Shown here one piece after another: positions 10,500-19,219 of a stretch of 64,000 nt of DNA. Each line of letters begins with the position of its first letter. The first letter of the stretch is position 1. The translations under genes were made by a program, and so were the position numbers. Origin of the DNA: Anaeromyxobacteraceae bacterium (GTDB lineage Bacteria; Myxococcota; Myxococcia; Myxococcales; Anaeromyxobacteraceae); NCBI GenBank assembly GCA_047602405.1, contig JASGHJ010000001.1, positions 1,344,001 through 1,408,000 on the forward strand, read 5' to 3'. The notes below the pieces were generated by a model, which searched no databases, was not told the DNA's origin, and saw only the letters and a program-made list of their open reading frames with translations.

Positions 10500-10620
10500 C
10501 GTCCCTCGACTGCGCGGCCTGCTGCAAAGGCGGACACGCTCGGGATGACCGGCCGGAGGTCTCCCCGGCCGTCCGTCCCGAGCGTAGGGCCCGCCTCGGC
10601 GGGCCCGGAGACGAGGGACG
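10500..10620. repeat. Inverted pair of family A REP-like units (BIME-like) between convergent genes
   Basis: CGTCCCTCGACTGCG...ACGCTCGGGATG (10500-10547) and CGTCCCGAGCGTAG-hairpin-CGGAGACGAGGGACG (10574-10620); matches 1517-1557. Confidence 0.7.
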
Positions 10621-10628
10621 ACCCTGGC

Positions 10629-13600
10629 CTACGGCGCGTACACGAAGATCGTGGGCGTCGGCAGCACCGCGTCGTTCCAGAAGACCCGCCCGCTCGGCTC
10701 GACCACGGGCCCGGACTTCGTCGAGTAGTGGCTGCTGACCTCGACGCCGTCGTCGGCCGGGTTCACGCTCGGGATCGCGGGGTAGGGCGCGTTGAGGTTG
10801 CGCAGGTAGACCGAGAGGCCGCCCTGCGAGCCCGGCGCGACCCAGACCACCTGGCTCCCGGCGAGGTCGAAGTCCACCGAGGTCGAGTTGAACGGCCCGA
10901 CCTGCACGAGCACGTCGTCGGTGGTGTTGAACCGGTGGTCCACGCCCGCGTCGACGGCGATGAGGAACCAGCTCGTGGTGAAGCCGGGCGGCTTGTTGTT
11001 CGGATCCGCGATGAGGATCCGGTCCCCGGACAGCTTGAAGTAGAAGGCCTGGAGCTGCGTCGCGGTGCCCGGGTAGGTGAGCACGGCCGTCGTGTCGTCC
11101 GCCGTGCCGAAGAGCCCGTCGGCGCCAGCCTCGAGGAGGCAGACCCGGTTCGTGCCGGCCGCGGTGGTGCACTCCCAGGCCGCGTGCCGCGCGGAGACGC
11201 CGAGGTTCTTCGAGCCGCCGGCCGGGAGCGAGGAGCCCGCCGGCGCGGTCGCCGTCACCCGCACCTGGCGGGTGACGGTCGGCGCGACGGGGTCGGGGTC
11301 GACGTCCGAGACCACGACGCCGAAGGTCGTCCCCGGCGCGTCGACGGCGGGGTAGATCACCCGGTTGTCGCCGACCGCGATGCCGATGTTGCTGCCGATG
11401 ATGTTGCCGCTGTAGCCCCAGCCCGCGAGGTCCACCGCGAGGCGCGGCGGGGCGGACGGGGTGAAGAAGTCGCCCGAGGGGTCCTTCACGTTCACGTAGA
11501 CGTGACCGCCAGTGTTCCCCGCGGCGAGGGACTCGCCGTACGCGACGATCGGGCCGTCCGCGTCGAGGCCGCGGAAGCTGCCGCACGACGGGCAGGTCGT
11601 CTCGAGGCCATCCGGCATGCGCGCGGTGAGGCCGGTCCGCCCGGAGAAGACGAGCGCGCCGGCCCGGTTCGAGCGGAGCTGCGCGTTCGTCGAGCCGGTG
11701 AGGGTCTCCCAGCGCAGGGTGGTGAGGTCGGCGGCGTGGAGGTCGTCCTCGGAGCCCGAGGTGACCGTGAAGTAGACCCGGCCGTCGTGGATCGACGGGG
11801 ACCGGCGGTTCGCCGTCGTGGGCAGGAGCAGCGCGTAGGAGTCGTCGCCGTCGGGGGCGTTCTGGGCCTGGAACGCGCCGTCGGCGCCCGCGTACCAGTG
11901 GCCGATGTAGCTCGTCGGGCCGGACGAGCCGATGAGCGCGACGTGGCCCGCGTCGATGGAGAGCTGGCTCGGCGAGAGGCCGGACGAGCGCGTCACCTCG
12001 GCGGGGTCGTCGCCGGTGCCCGGGCCCTCGAAGAGGCCGTTCGGGCCCGGCCGCCAGACGTGGATCGTGCCGCCGGTGTCGACGATCGCGAGCAGGCTGC
12101 CGTCGCGGTTCACGTCGATCCAGTTGCCGCTCGGGCCGATCGTGAGCGGGTTCGAGATCGTCGTCGTGGCGCCGCCGAAGCCAGCCGCGCCGGCGCTGAC
12201 GATCGTCCAGTTGCCGGAGGTGGGCCCGTTGTTGAAGGACTGGAGCCGGTAGAGGAGCACGTTCCCGGCGACCTTCACGTAGGCCACGTAGCCGGGGTCG
12301 TTGGCCACGACCTGCGCCGGCGCGCCCACCGTGTCGTCGGAGGTGCCGCAGACGCCGTCCACGCCGGGTTGCATGTCCGCCACCATGACGCGGCCGCGGA
12401 AGTTCGCCCCGAACTCCTGCTCGATCCAGGCGAGGCGCTCGCAGCGGGTGCCGGGGATGATGGTGCCGGACACGGCGTGCATCGTGTAGCTGCCCTGGGC
12501 GGCCCGCACCGTGACCGGCGCGGGCTCGTCCCCGCTGCAGAAGATCCCGTCGGGGCCGGGCCGGCGCAGGAGCACCACGGTGCCGTTCACGTCGGCGTGC
12601 ACCACGCCCGCGGGCGAGGCGGGCTCGGCGGCCACGTTCTCGGCCGAGAAGCTCGAGGTGGTCGCCGACCCGGTGGTCGCGAGCGAGCAGGTCCGGTCGG
12701 TGGCGTCGTACCGGCCGTTCGCGCCGAGCACGGTGAGGTGCGCCGTGAACGCGCCGAAGGCGGAGCTGCCGGTCTTCCAGGTCATGAGCCGGCTGCCCAC
12801 CCGCGCCGTGCGGTCGACCGCGGGGCCGGTGAGGAGCACGTCGAGCACGTCGCCGTTCGCCACCTCCTGCTGCGCGCCGCTGCCCACGTTCCCGGCCGCG
12901 TCGACGGACCGGACCGCGAACCGGGTCGTCGAGGCGCCGCGGAGCGGGACCCGCACGCCGGCGAAGGTGGTGCCGTTGCAGAGCAGGCGCGCGTCGGTGC
13001 AGCCGCAGCTGCACGGGTTGTAGACCACGCGCCCGGTGGTGAGGCTCTTCGGGCGGCAGGCGGGGTTCGGGCAGAGCGGCGCGAAGCCGGCGCCGGTGTC
13101 CACCTCGACCCACGAGATGTCCTGCCAGTTGCCCGCGTTGAGGGGCTGGTCGGTGGCGGGCGCGGTGACGAAGAAGTCGACGTAGTTCGCGTGCACGGTC
13201 ACGTCGGCGGCGTCGTAGACCGGCGCGACGGTGGGGCCCGTCGGCGGCAACAGATCGCTCACGAGCTCGGTGACCGCGAACGCGCTCGCGTTGCCGGCCT
13301 TGTCGCGGGAGCGGGCCCAGACGCAGTTGCGCGCGTTCTGGGTGAGCGACGCCGCGAAGCCGGCCGGGGTGGCGGTGGGGGTGGCCGGGCTCACGCAGGA
13401 GGGCGTCGCGCCGCAGGAGGCGCCGCCGGCGGTGCCGGTGCAGGCCTCGTACTGCAGGAAGTTGGGCGAGGCCTCGGCGCCGGACAGCGTCACCGCCGCG
13501 CTCGTGTCGTTCACCGCGTTGCGGGCCGTGGCGATGGTGGGCGCGGGCGGGAGCGAGCTGTCGAGCACGACGGTCGCGCTCGCCGCCGTGCCGGCGTTGC

Positions 13601-15893
13601 CGGCCCAGTCGACCGCGCGCGCCCAGAGCGTGTAGGTGCCCTCGCCCGAGGAGAGGGAGAAGGTGAGGTTCGCCGGCTGGCCGGCGGTGATGCCCGAGCT
13701 CGTGTCGGCCCACGTCGGCAGCGGGCCGACGAAGGTCTGGTAGCCGCGCAGGTTCGAGCCGGGCGAGGTCGCGTCGGTGGCCTGGGTCGCGATCGGCACC
13801 GAGATCGAGGTGAGGTTCGTGTAGCCCGGCTGCGCGCCGCCCGGGACCGCGGGCGCGCCCAGCACGGGCGAGTTCGGCGCGACGGCGTCGGTGCAGCGGA
13901 ACTGGCCGGGGACGGCCTTCGCCTCCCCTTCGGCCACCACGATCTGCCCGATCGCGGCGCAGGTGCGGTTCGTGCTCGTCGCGGTGACGGTGTACGTGCC
14001 GGGGGGCACCGCGGCCGACCAGGCGCCGCTCGAGGCGGTGGTGGTCGAGGCGGTGAACGACGTGCCGTTGAAGGCCGCGCCGCTCGCCTGGACGGCGACG
14101 TTCGCGCTCGTCGCGTTGTTGCCGCCGCCACTGACGTTGTCCCACAGCACCACCGTGCCGGACGCCGAGCCCGCGTTCACCGGCAGGACGAGCGTGGTGG
14201 CGACGTCGACGTCCGCGTTCGCGACGGCGAGCACCGAGGTCGAGCTCGAGCCGTAGTTCGGCTTGCGCGCCGTGACGGTGAACGGCGCGCCGAGCGCGCT
14301 CACCCGGACCTGCGGGAAGCGGTAGGCGCCGGACGCGTCGGTCACGGCCGCGGCCACGGGCTCGTCGGTGCCGGTGAGCGAGACCACCACGCCGGAGAGG
14401 TCGCTGCCCGGCGAGAAGCCGGTGAGCGCGCCCGCGGAGAGGGAGACGGTGCCGGTGATGGCGCCGCGCGAGGCGGCGAGCGTCACGTCGAAGAGGGTGA
14501 GGTCGCCACCGGGCGACGAGACCACCTGGACCTCCTGCGCGTCCCAGCCGGCCCGCTCGAGGCGGACCACCTGCGCGCCCGAGCCGACGCCGGGGATGAC
14601 CCAGCTGCCGTCGCCCAGCGTGAGGGTGGAGAGGGTGGTGCCGATCACGCGGACGGTGGTGCCGGACAGGCCCGGGGCGGCGAGGCCCTCGGCGAGGCAG
14701 CGCCCCCGGAGCACGCCGGGGATCGCCGAGAGCACCTGGGACGGCGCGCTCACCGTCTTGTGCGAGAGCACGATCGCCTGCGCGTGCTGCGCCGTGTAGC
14801 CGGTCTTCGTGAAGGCGAGGTCGTAGGTGCCCACGGGCAGCGAGCCGACCTGCCAGACCCCGGAGGTGTCGGTGAGCGCGGCGCCGGCGACGGTGGTCGT
14901 CGCGGCCTGCGTGACCGTCACGAGCACGCCGGAGCTGTCGCCCGAGCCCTCGAGCGTCGCGAGGCCGGTGAGGTCACCGGTGTCGCGCACGAGCGTGACC
15001 GCCGGGAGGTCGGTCGTGGTGTGGGGGGCGACGGTGGCGGTGGTGGCGACGGTCGCGTAGTTCGCGAGCTCGAAGGTGACGTTGTACGTCCCGGCGGGCA
15101 CGAGCCCCTGGATGCCCCAGCTGCCGTCGGCGGCGCTCGCGCCGGTGACCTCGAACGGCGAGCCCACGAGCGTGAAGCCCTTCACGCGGACGGTCACGCC
15201 GAGCTGCGTGGCCGCGCCCTGCACGAGCAGCGTGCCCTTCACGCCGCCCGGATCCCAGTCGAGGGCGACCGCGCCGGCGTCGCTGAGCGCGTTGCCGCTC
15301 ACCTGGACCTGCACGCCGGTGGGCGCGAGGAAGCCGGAGCGCGCGACGTTGATCGTCTTCGCGCCGGCGGGCACGCCGGACAGGAGGAAGCCGCCGGCCT
15401 CGTCGGTGAGCGCCGCGCCGGGGAGCCCCTCGACGCTGACCGACGCGCCCGCGAGCGGGGCCGCGCCGAGCGCGCCGAAGGACTTCGAGGTGATGGTGCC
15501 GGACACGCTGCCGCGGGAGACCTTGAGCGCGAGGTCCGGCACGCCGACCGTGCGGGTGCCGTCGTCGAGGGTGACGGTGATGCCCGTGACCGCGACGGTG
15601 TCGTAGCCGGCCGCCACCGCCTGCACCGAGTACGTCCCGGGGGGCACGTCGGCGATCGCGTAGTGGCCCGTCGCGTCGGTGTCGGCGGCGAAGCTCGTGC
15701 CCGGCACCGAGACGTGGACGCCCGTGAGCGAGGGCGCGACCGCGCCGGGCGCCTCGAGGCTCACCGCGCCGGCGAGCGTGGCCCGCGCCTGCTGCGTCGC
15801 GGGCGTCGACGGGTCGAACGGGTTCGTGTGATCGAGGCTGCCGCACGCGCCGAGCACGAGGCTGGCGAAGAGGACCATCGAGCGACGGAGCAT
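10629..15893 (-). CDS. Giant lipoprotein (1754 aa): tandem carboxypeptidase-regulatory-like/Ig domains and a C-terminal beta-rich repeat region
   Basis: Lipobox VLGA-C, NPFDP motif, repeated TDxxGx(Y/F/W)...VPxGTY.V.....GY units, VRxxDxAGN Ig motifs. Confidence 0.85.
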   Translation of the reverse strand: MLRRSMVLFASLVLGACGSLDHTNPFDPSTPATQQARATLAGAVSLEAPGAVAPSLTGVHVSVPGTSFAADTDATGHYAIADVPPGTYSVQAVAAGYDTVAVTGITVTLDDGTRTVGVPDLALKVSRGSVSGTITSKSFGALGAAPLAGASVSVEGLPGAALTDEAGGFLLSGVPAGAKTINVARSGFLAPTGVQVQVSGNALSDAGAVALDWDPGGVKGTLLVQGAATQLGVTVRVKGFTLVGSPFEVTGASAADGSWGIQGLVPAGTYNVTFELANYATVATTATVAPHTTTDLPAVTLVRDTGDLTGLATLEGSGDSSGVLVTVTQAATTTVAGAALTDTSGVWQVGSLPVGTYDLAFTKTGYTAQHAQAIVLSHKTVSAPSQVLSAIPGVLRGRCLAEGLAAPGLSGTTVRVIGTTLSTLTLGDGSWVIPGVGSGAQVVRLERAGWDAQEVQVVSSPGGDLTLFDVTLAASRGAITGTVSLSAGALTGFSPGSDLSGVVVSLTGTDEPVAAAVTDASGAYRFPQVRVSALGAPFTVTARKPNYGSSSTSVLAVANADVDVATTLVLPVNAGSASGTVVLWDNVSGGGNNATSANVAVQASGAAFNGTSFTASTTTASSGAWSAAVPPGTYTVTATSTNRTCAAIGQIVVAEGEAKAVPGQFRCTDAVAPNSPVLGAPAVPGGAQPGYTNLTSISVPIATQATDATSPGSNLRGYQTFVGPLPTWADTSSGITAGQPANLTFSLSSGEGTYTLWARAVDWAGNAGTAASATVVLDSSLPPAPTIATARNAVNDTSAAVTLSGAEASPNFLQYEACTGTAGGASCGATPSCVSPATPTATPAGFAASLTQNARNCVWARSRDKAGNASAFAVTELVSDLLPPTGPTVAPVYDAADVTVHANYVDFFVTAPATDQPLNAGNWQDISWVEVDTGAGFAPLCPNPACRPKSLTTGRVVYNPCSCGCTDARLLCNGTTFAGVRVPLRGASTTRFAVRSVDAAGNVGSGAQQEVANGDVLDVLLTGPAVDRTARVGSRLMTWKTGSSAFGAFTAHLTVLGANGRYDATDRTCSLATTGSATTSSFSAENVAAEPASPAGVVHADVNGTVVLLRRPGPDGIFCSGDEPAPVTVRAAQGSYTMHAVSGTIIPGTRCERLAWIEQEFGANFRGRVMVADMQPGVDGVCGTSDDTVGAPAQVVANDPGYVAYVKVAGNVLLYRLQSFNNGPTSGNWTIVSAGAAGFGGATTTISNPLTIGPSGNWIDVNRDGSLLAIVDTGGTIHVWRPGPNGLFEGPGTGDDPAEVTRSSGLSPSQLSIDAGHVALIGSSGPTSYIGHWYAGADGAFQAQNAPDGDDSYALLLPTTANRRSPSIHDGRVYFTVTSGSEDDLHAADLTTLRWETLTGSTNAQLRSNRAGALVFSGRTGLTARMPDGLETTCPSCGSFRGLDADGPIVAYGESLAAGNTGGHVYVNVKDPSGDFFTPSAPPRLAVDLAGWGYSGNIIGSNIGIAVGDNRVIYPAVDAPGTTFGVVVSDVDPDPVAPTVTRQVRVTATAPAGSSLPAGGSKNLGVSARHAAWECTTAAGTNRVCLLEAGADGLFGTADDTTAVLTYPGTATQLQAFYFKLSGDRILIADPNNKPPGFTTSWFLIAVDAGVDHRFNTTDDVLVQVGPFNSTSVDFDLAGSQVVWVAPGSQGGLSVYLRNLNAPYPAIPSVNPADDGVEVSSHYSTKSGPVVEPSGRVFWNDAVLPTPTIFVYAP

Positions 15894-16318
15894 CTTCCCC
15901 TCCAGAGGGAGCCGGGCGCGCTTGCCCCGCGTCGCAGGGGACGACGCAGGGGCGGGCCCCGGTCGCGCCAGAGTAGGAGGGTCGCGAGGGCGGATCCAGA
16001 CGCCGGTCCGTGGGGCATCGACTTCGGGTGAAAAGGAGTGGAGGTGGGATGAGGTGCGACCGCCCTTCGGGTGAGTGCAATTCGCAAGGTTCGGGGGCGC
16101 GTGATGGCGATCACCGGGGGAGGGGCGTCAGGCGAGAGCGAGGTCGGCGGCTGGAAGGTCTCGTGGGAGGAAGTCGGGCAGCCTCGCGGGAGAGGTCCCG
16201 CGGCCGGTCGGCCTGGAGGAATGAAGTCCGCGGATGGGCGGCTTGATGATCACTCTCCCCCATCGGGGGACGGGGACCTGGAGTGAACGGTCCGCCGGTG
16301 GATGAGGGGCGGCCCCGG

Positions 16319-16942
16319 CTACTCCTCCGAGAGGTGAGCACCCCTCCGCGCGCGGATCACGAGGATCACCGCGGCCATGCCGCCCAGCGCCGCGCCGGCG
16401 TAGGACCCGGCGTGAACGCCCCAGGCCGTCAGGAAGCCCGGGACCTCCGGCCCCCACCCCACGAACGCCGCGGCGCTCTCCTCGAGCCCGAGACCTGCAA
16501 ACCGAAAGAGAGCCCCGCCTGCGAGGCCGCCCGCGGTGGCGCCCACGACCGGAACGAGCGCGATCCGGCCGAGGCTGGCGTACGGGAGCGGGGGCCACCG
16601 GCTGGACGGGTTGTTCGCCACGAGCAGCGCCGTGCCGAGCAGCAGCCCGACCCAGTACGAGCCCTTCACCGCGACGAGCGCGACGGCGAGGCGGAACGGC
16701 AGCGCGCTCGCGCGGACGCCCTTCGCCTCCAGGAAGTAGCCGGGCGAGATCGCGGCGGTGAGCTCGTCGTTCAGGATCGCGTAGATGATCGCGCCAGCGG
16801 AGGCGGCGAGCAGGAAGGCGTACTCGCGCAAACGCGGGCTCTGCCGCCCGCGGCGGACGGCCTCCCGGAGCGCGAGCACCGCGAAGAACGCAAGCCCGAG
16901 GGCGAGCCGGATCGGGAGCGCGCGTTCGTAGGCGTCGAGCAT
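16319..16942 (-). CDS. Hypothetical membrane protein (about 5 TM)
   Basis: Several hydrophobic segments; ISPGYF and HAGSYAG motifs; TAAGCT -10-like element 10 nt upstream. Confidence 0.65.
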   Translation of the reverse strand: MLDAYERALPIRLALGLAFFAVLALREAVRRGRQSPRLREYAFLLAASAGAIIYAILNDELTAAISPGYFLEAKGVRASALPFRLAVALVAVKGSYWVGLLLGTALLVANNPSSRWPPLPYASLGRIALVPVVGATAGGLAGGALFRFAGLGLEESAAAFVGWGPEVPGFLTAWGVHAGSYAGAALGGMAAVILVIRARRGAHLSEE

Positions 16943-17019
16943 CGAAAGTCCGAGCTTAACCCGGCCCGAGTCCCGGATGGGGGATCTTGCTGGGGCCCAG
17001 CGGAAATGTCAGACCCGTA

Positions 17020-17035
17020 CTGCACACTGGTACAG
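17020..17035 (+). promoter_or_regulatory. SOS/LexA-box-like palindrome CTGCACACTGGTACAG
   Basis: CTG-N10-CAG geometry, ending 2 nt before the HNH ATG. Confidence 0.45.
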
Positions 17036-17037
17036 TC

Positions 17038-18793
17038 ATGGTCGAGGGCTCCGCCACCCCTGAGGTCGGCTCCGAAACCCCGCCCGTCGGCGGCTTCGTC
17101 GCGCTCGACGCCCTCGCCGTGCGCGTCGCCCGCGATCGCGGCGCGCTCGACCTCGCGATCGGCCAGAAGCTCGGCGAGCTCATGGACGTCTCCGGCGAGC
17201 TCGAGCTCGGCTACTCGCAGATCACCGACTTCGCGCGCGAGAAGCTGGGCCTCAAGGCTGCCTTCGTGCGCCGGCTCGTGCGCTTCGAGCAGAAGCTCCG
17301 CAAGCGCCCGCTCCTCAAGGCCGCGGTGTTCGCGGGCGAAGTCTCGCGGAGGAAGGCCGAGGAGATCCTGAAGGTCGCCATCGGCGACGAGGAGGCGCGC
17401 TGGGTCGAGGCCGCGAAGGTCTCGACGGTGCGGCAGCTCGAGGCGGCGGTGAAGGCGGTGCAGGAGCAGAAGGGCGCCGGGGGAGACGGCGCCGCGAGCG
17501 ATAGCCCGGCGACCGCCGCCGCAGCCGGGGAGGACGAAGACAAGGAGCCGGTCTGGCTCCACATCAAGAAGTTCCTGGGCCCGAGGGCGCTCGGCTGCGT
17601 CCGCGCCGCGGTCGACCTCGCGAGCTACCTCGACGAGGCGCCGCGCACAATCGCCGAGTGCCTGCGCTTCATGGCGATGGAGTACCTCTCCTCCCACCCC
17701 GCACCGCTCGACGGCGAGCTCCGCGGCCCGAAGTGCACCGGGCTCGGCCGGCCGGTCGAGCCGAACCCGGAGCTCCGCGCCGGGTACGAGGCCAGGTCGA
17801 ACGCCTGGGCGGAATCTCGTGCAGGCCGAGCCTGTCCCGGCACCCGCGCTCGAGAAGACCTGGCCGCCCGACTCCTACGCCCTAAAGGACGAGCTCATCG
17901 AGCTCGTCCGCCAGCGGAACGACCGGGACGAGAAGCTCGGCAAGGTCTGCCTGGAGGTGAAGACGACCCGCGCCTGGCGCGCGCTCGGGTTCGCCACCTT
18001 CCAGCATTACTGCGACGAGCGGCTCGGGCTCGCGGTGTCCACGGTGAAGAACCGCATCGCGCTCGAGCAGAAGTGCCAGGAGCTCCCGGAGCTCCGCGAG
18101 GCGATGCGGTCCGGGAAGCTCTCCTACGAGCAGGCGCGGTTGGTGTCGAAGCTCGCCACGGCGGAGGACGTCGCCGCGAAGATCGAGGAGGCCGCCGGGA
18201 AGACCTGCATCACGCTCCAGCGGGAGACGATGGCGGAGCTTCACAGCCAGATGTGGAACAGGGACTACCTCGACGTCTTCGTCACCGAGGAGATCGACGG
18301 CCTCCTCGCGGAGGCCGTCCAGGCCGCCCGGAAGGCCGCGGGGCACTGGATACCCCTCCCGGACGCGATCGAGGCCATCGCGCGGCACTGCGTGGAGGTC
18401 TGGGCGCCGATCGTGCACGAGAAGCTGAAGAACGCGCACCCGGTGATGGTGCGTGACGGCGGCGAGTGCACGGTGGCGGGCTGCTCACGCGTCGGCGACG
18501 ACGTCCACCACATCGTGTTCCGCTCGCAGGGCGGCGACGACTCGGACGAGAACCAGACCGGCATGTGCAAGCCGCACCACCTGCGCGGGCTCCACGCCGG
18601 GAACATCTCCGTGTCCGGCTCCGCGCCGGACAGGCTGACCTGGATCCTCGGCTGGCGGGAGGTCGCCGCGGCGAAGGAAGGCTTGCCGTGGAAGGTCGTT
18701 CAGGAGGCGACGCAGGAGGCCGTGGAGGATGCGGAGGACGCAGGGGTAGCCGAGCCGGCCGACCAGGCCGTGGGAGGTGCCGACCCCCACTGA
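17038..18793 (+). CDS. HNH endonuclease with a duplicated DUF222/13E12-like helical region, about 584 aa, +1 frameshift at about 17813
   Basis: RDGGECTVAGC...VHHIVFRSQGG..S.EN..GMCKPHH HNH motif; frames join if one A is removed from GGAATCTC (17811-17818). Confidence 0.85.
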
Positions 18794-19219
18794 TCACGGA
18801 TCCAGCAAGCGCGCCCTCAGCCCAGGCTCCGGCAGCGCGCACGCCGGTGCCGGCGGGAAGAAGCGCCGGCGGTGCTGCGCGATGAAGCGGTAGGCCGCGT
18901 CGAGGAGCGGCCAGGGCAACACCGCGAGGGCGCGCAGCCAGCGCCACGGACGCGGGAGCTGCGAGGCGACGAAGAGGGCGCCGCGCGAGCGGATCAGCGC
19001 CTCGGGATGAGCGCCGCGCCAGTCGCGGAGGAGGACGAACGTCGACGGGTCGGGCGAGGAGACGACCCCCGCCCGCGCGAGCGCCGCCCGCCCGGTCTCA
19101 CCCTGGAGCGACGCGAACGCGAACAGGCCGGCCGCGTCCCGCCGCGCGACGAACCGCACGAGCCGGCTGCACAGCCCGCAGGTGCCGTCGAAGAGGACGA
19201 GGTGCTCGCCAGCGCTCAC
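18794..19219 (-). CDS. DCC family thiol-disulfide oxidoreductase (DUF393)
   Basis: LVLFDGTCGLC (DxxCxxC), FASLQ, YRFIAQHR; GTG overlaps the upstream stop. Confidence 0.88.
   Translation of the reverse strand: MSAGEHLVLFDGTCGLCSRLVRFVARRDAAGLFAFASLQGETGRAALARAGVVSSPDPSTFVLLRDWRGAHPEALIRSRGALFVASQLPRPWRWLRALAVLPWPLLDAAYRFIAQHRRRFFPPAPACALPEPGLRARLLDP

Noticed and set aside
3993..15893. TamAB as a dedicated exporter of the giant lipoprotein
   Set aside because: Only convergent adjacency; TamAB is housekeeping and the lipoprotein has no evident autotransporter barrel
10405..16031. Very long ORFs overlapping real genes (e.g. 10545-16031 +, 10405-14145 -, 33267-38522 +, 28880-33112 -)
   Set aside because: Arg/Gly/Ala/Pro-rich shadow frames caused by stop-codon scarcity at high GC; they overlap motif-supported genes
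16049..16246. Small + strand ORF after GGAGG in the 15.9-16.3 kb gap
   Set aside because: Atypical codon usage and no recognisable motif; the purine run is more likely the complement of the lipoprotein upstream region
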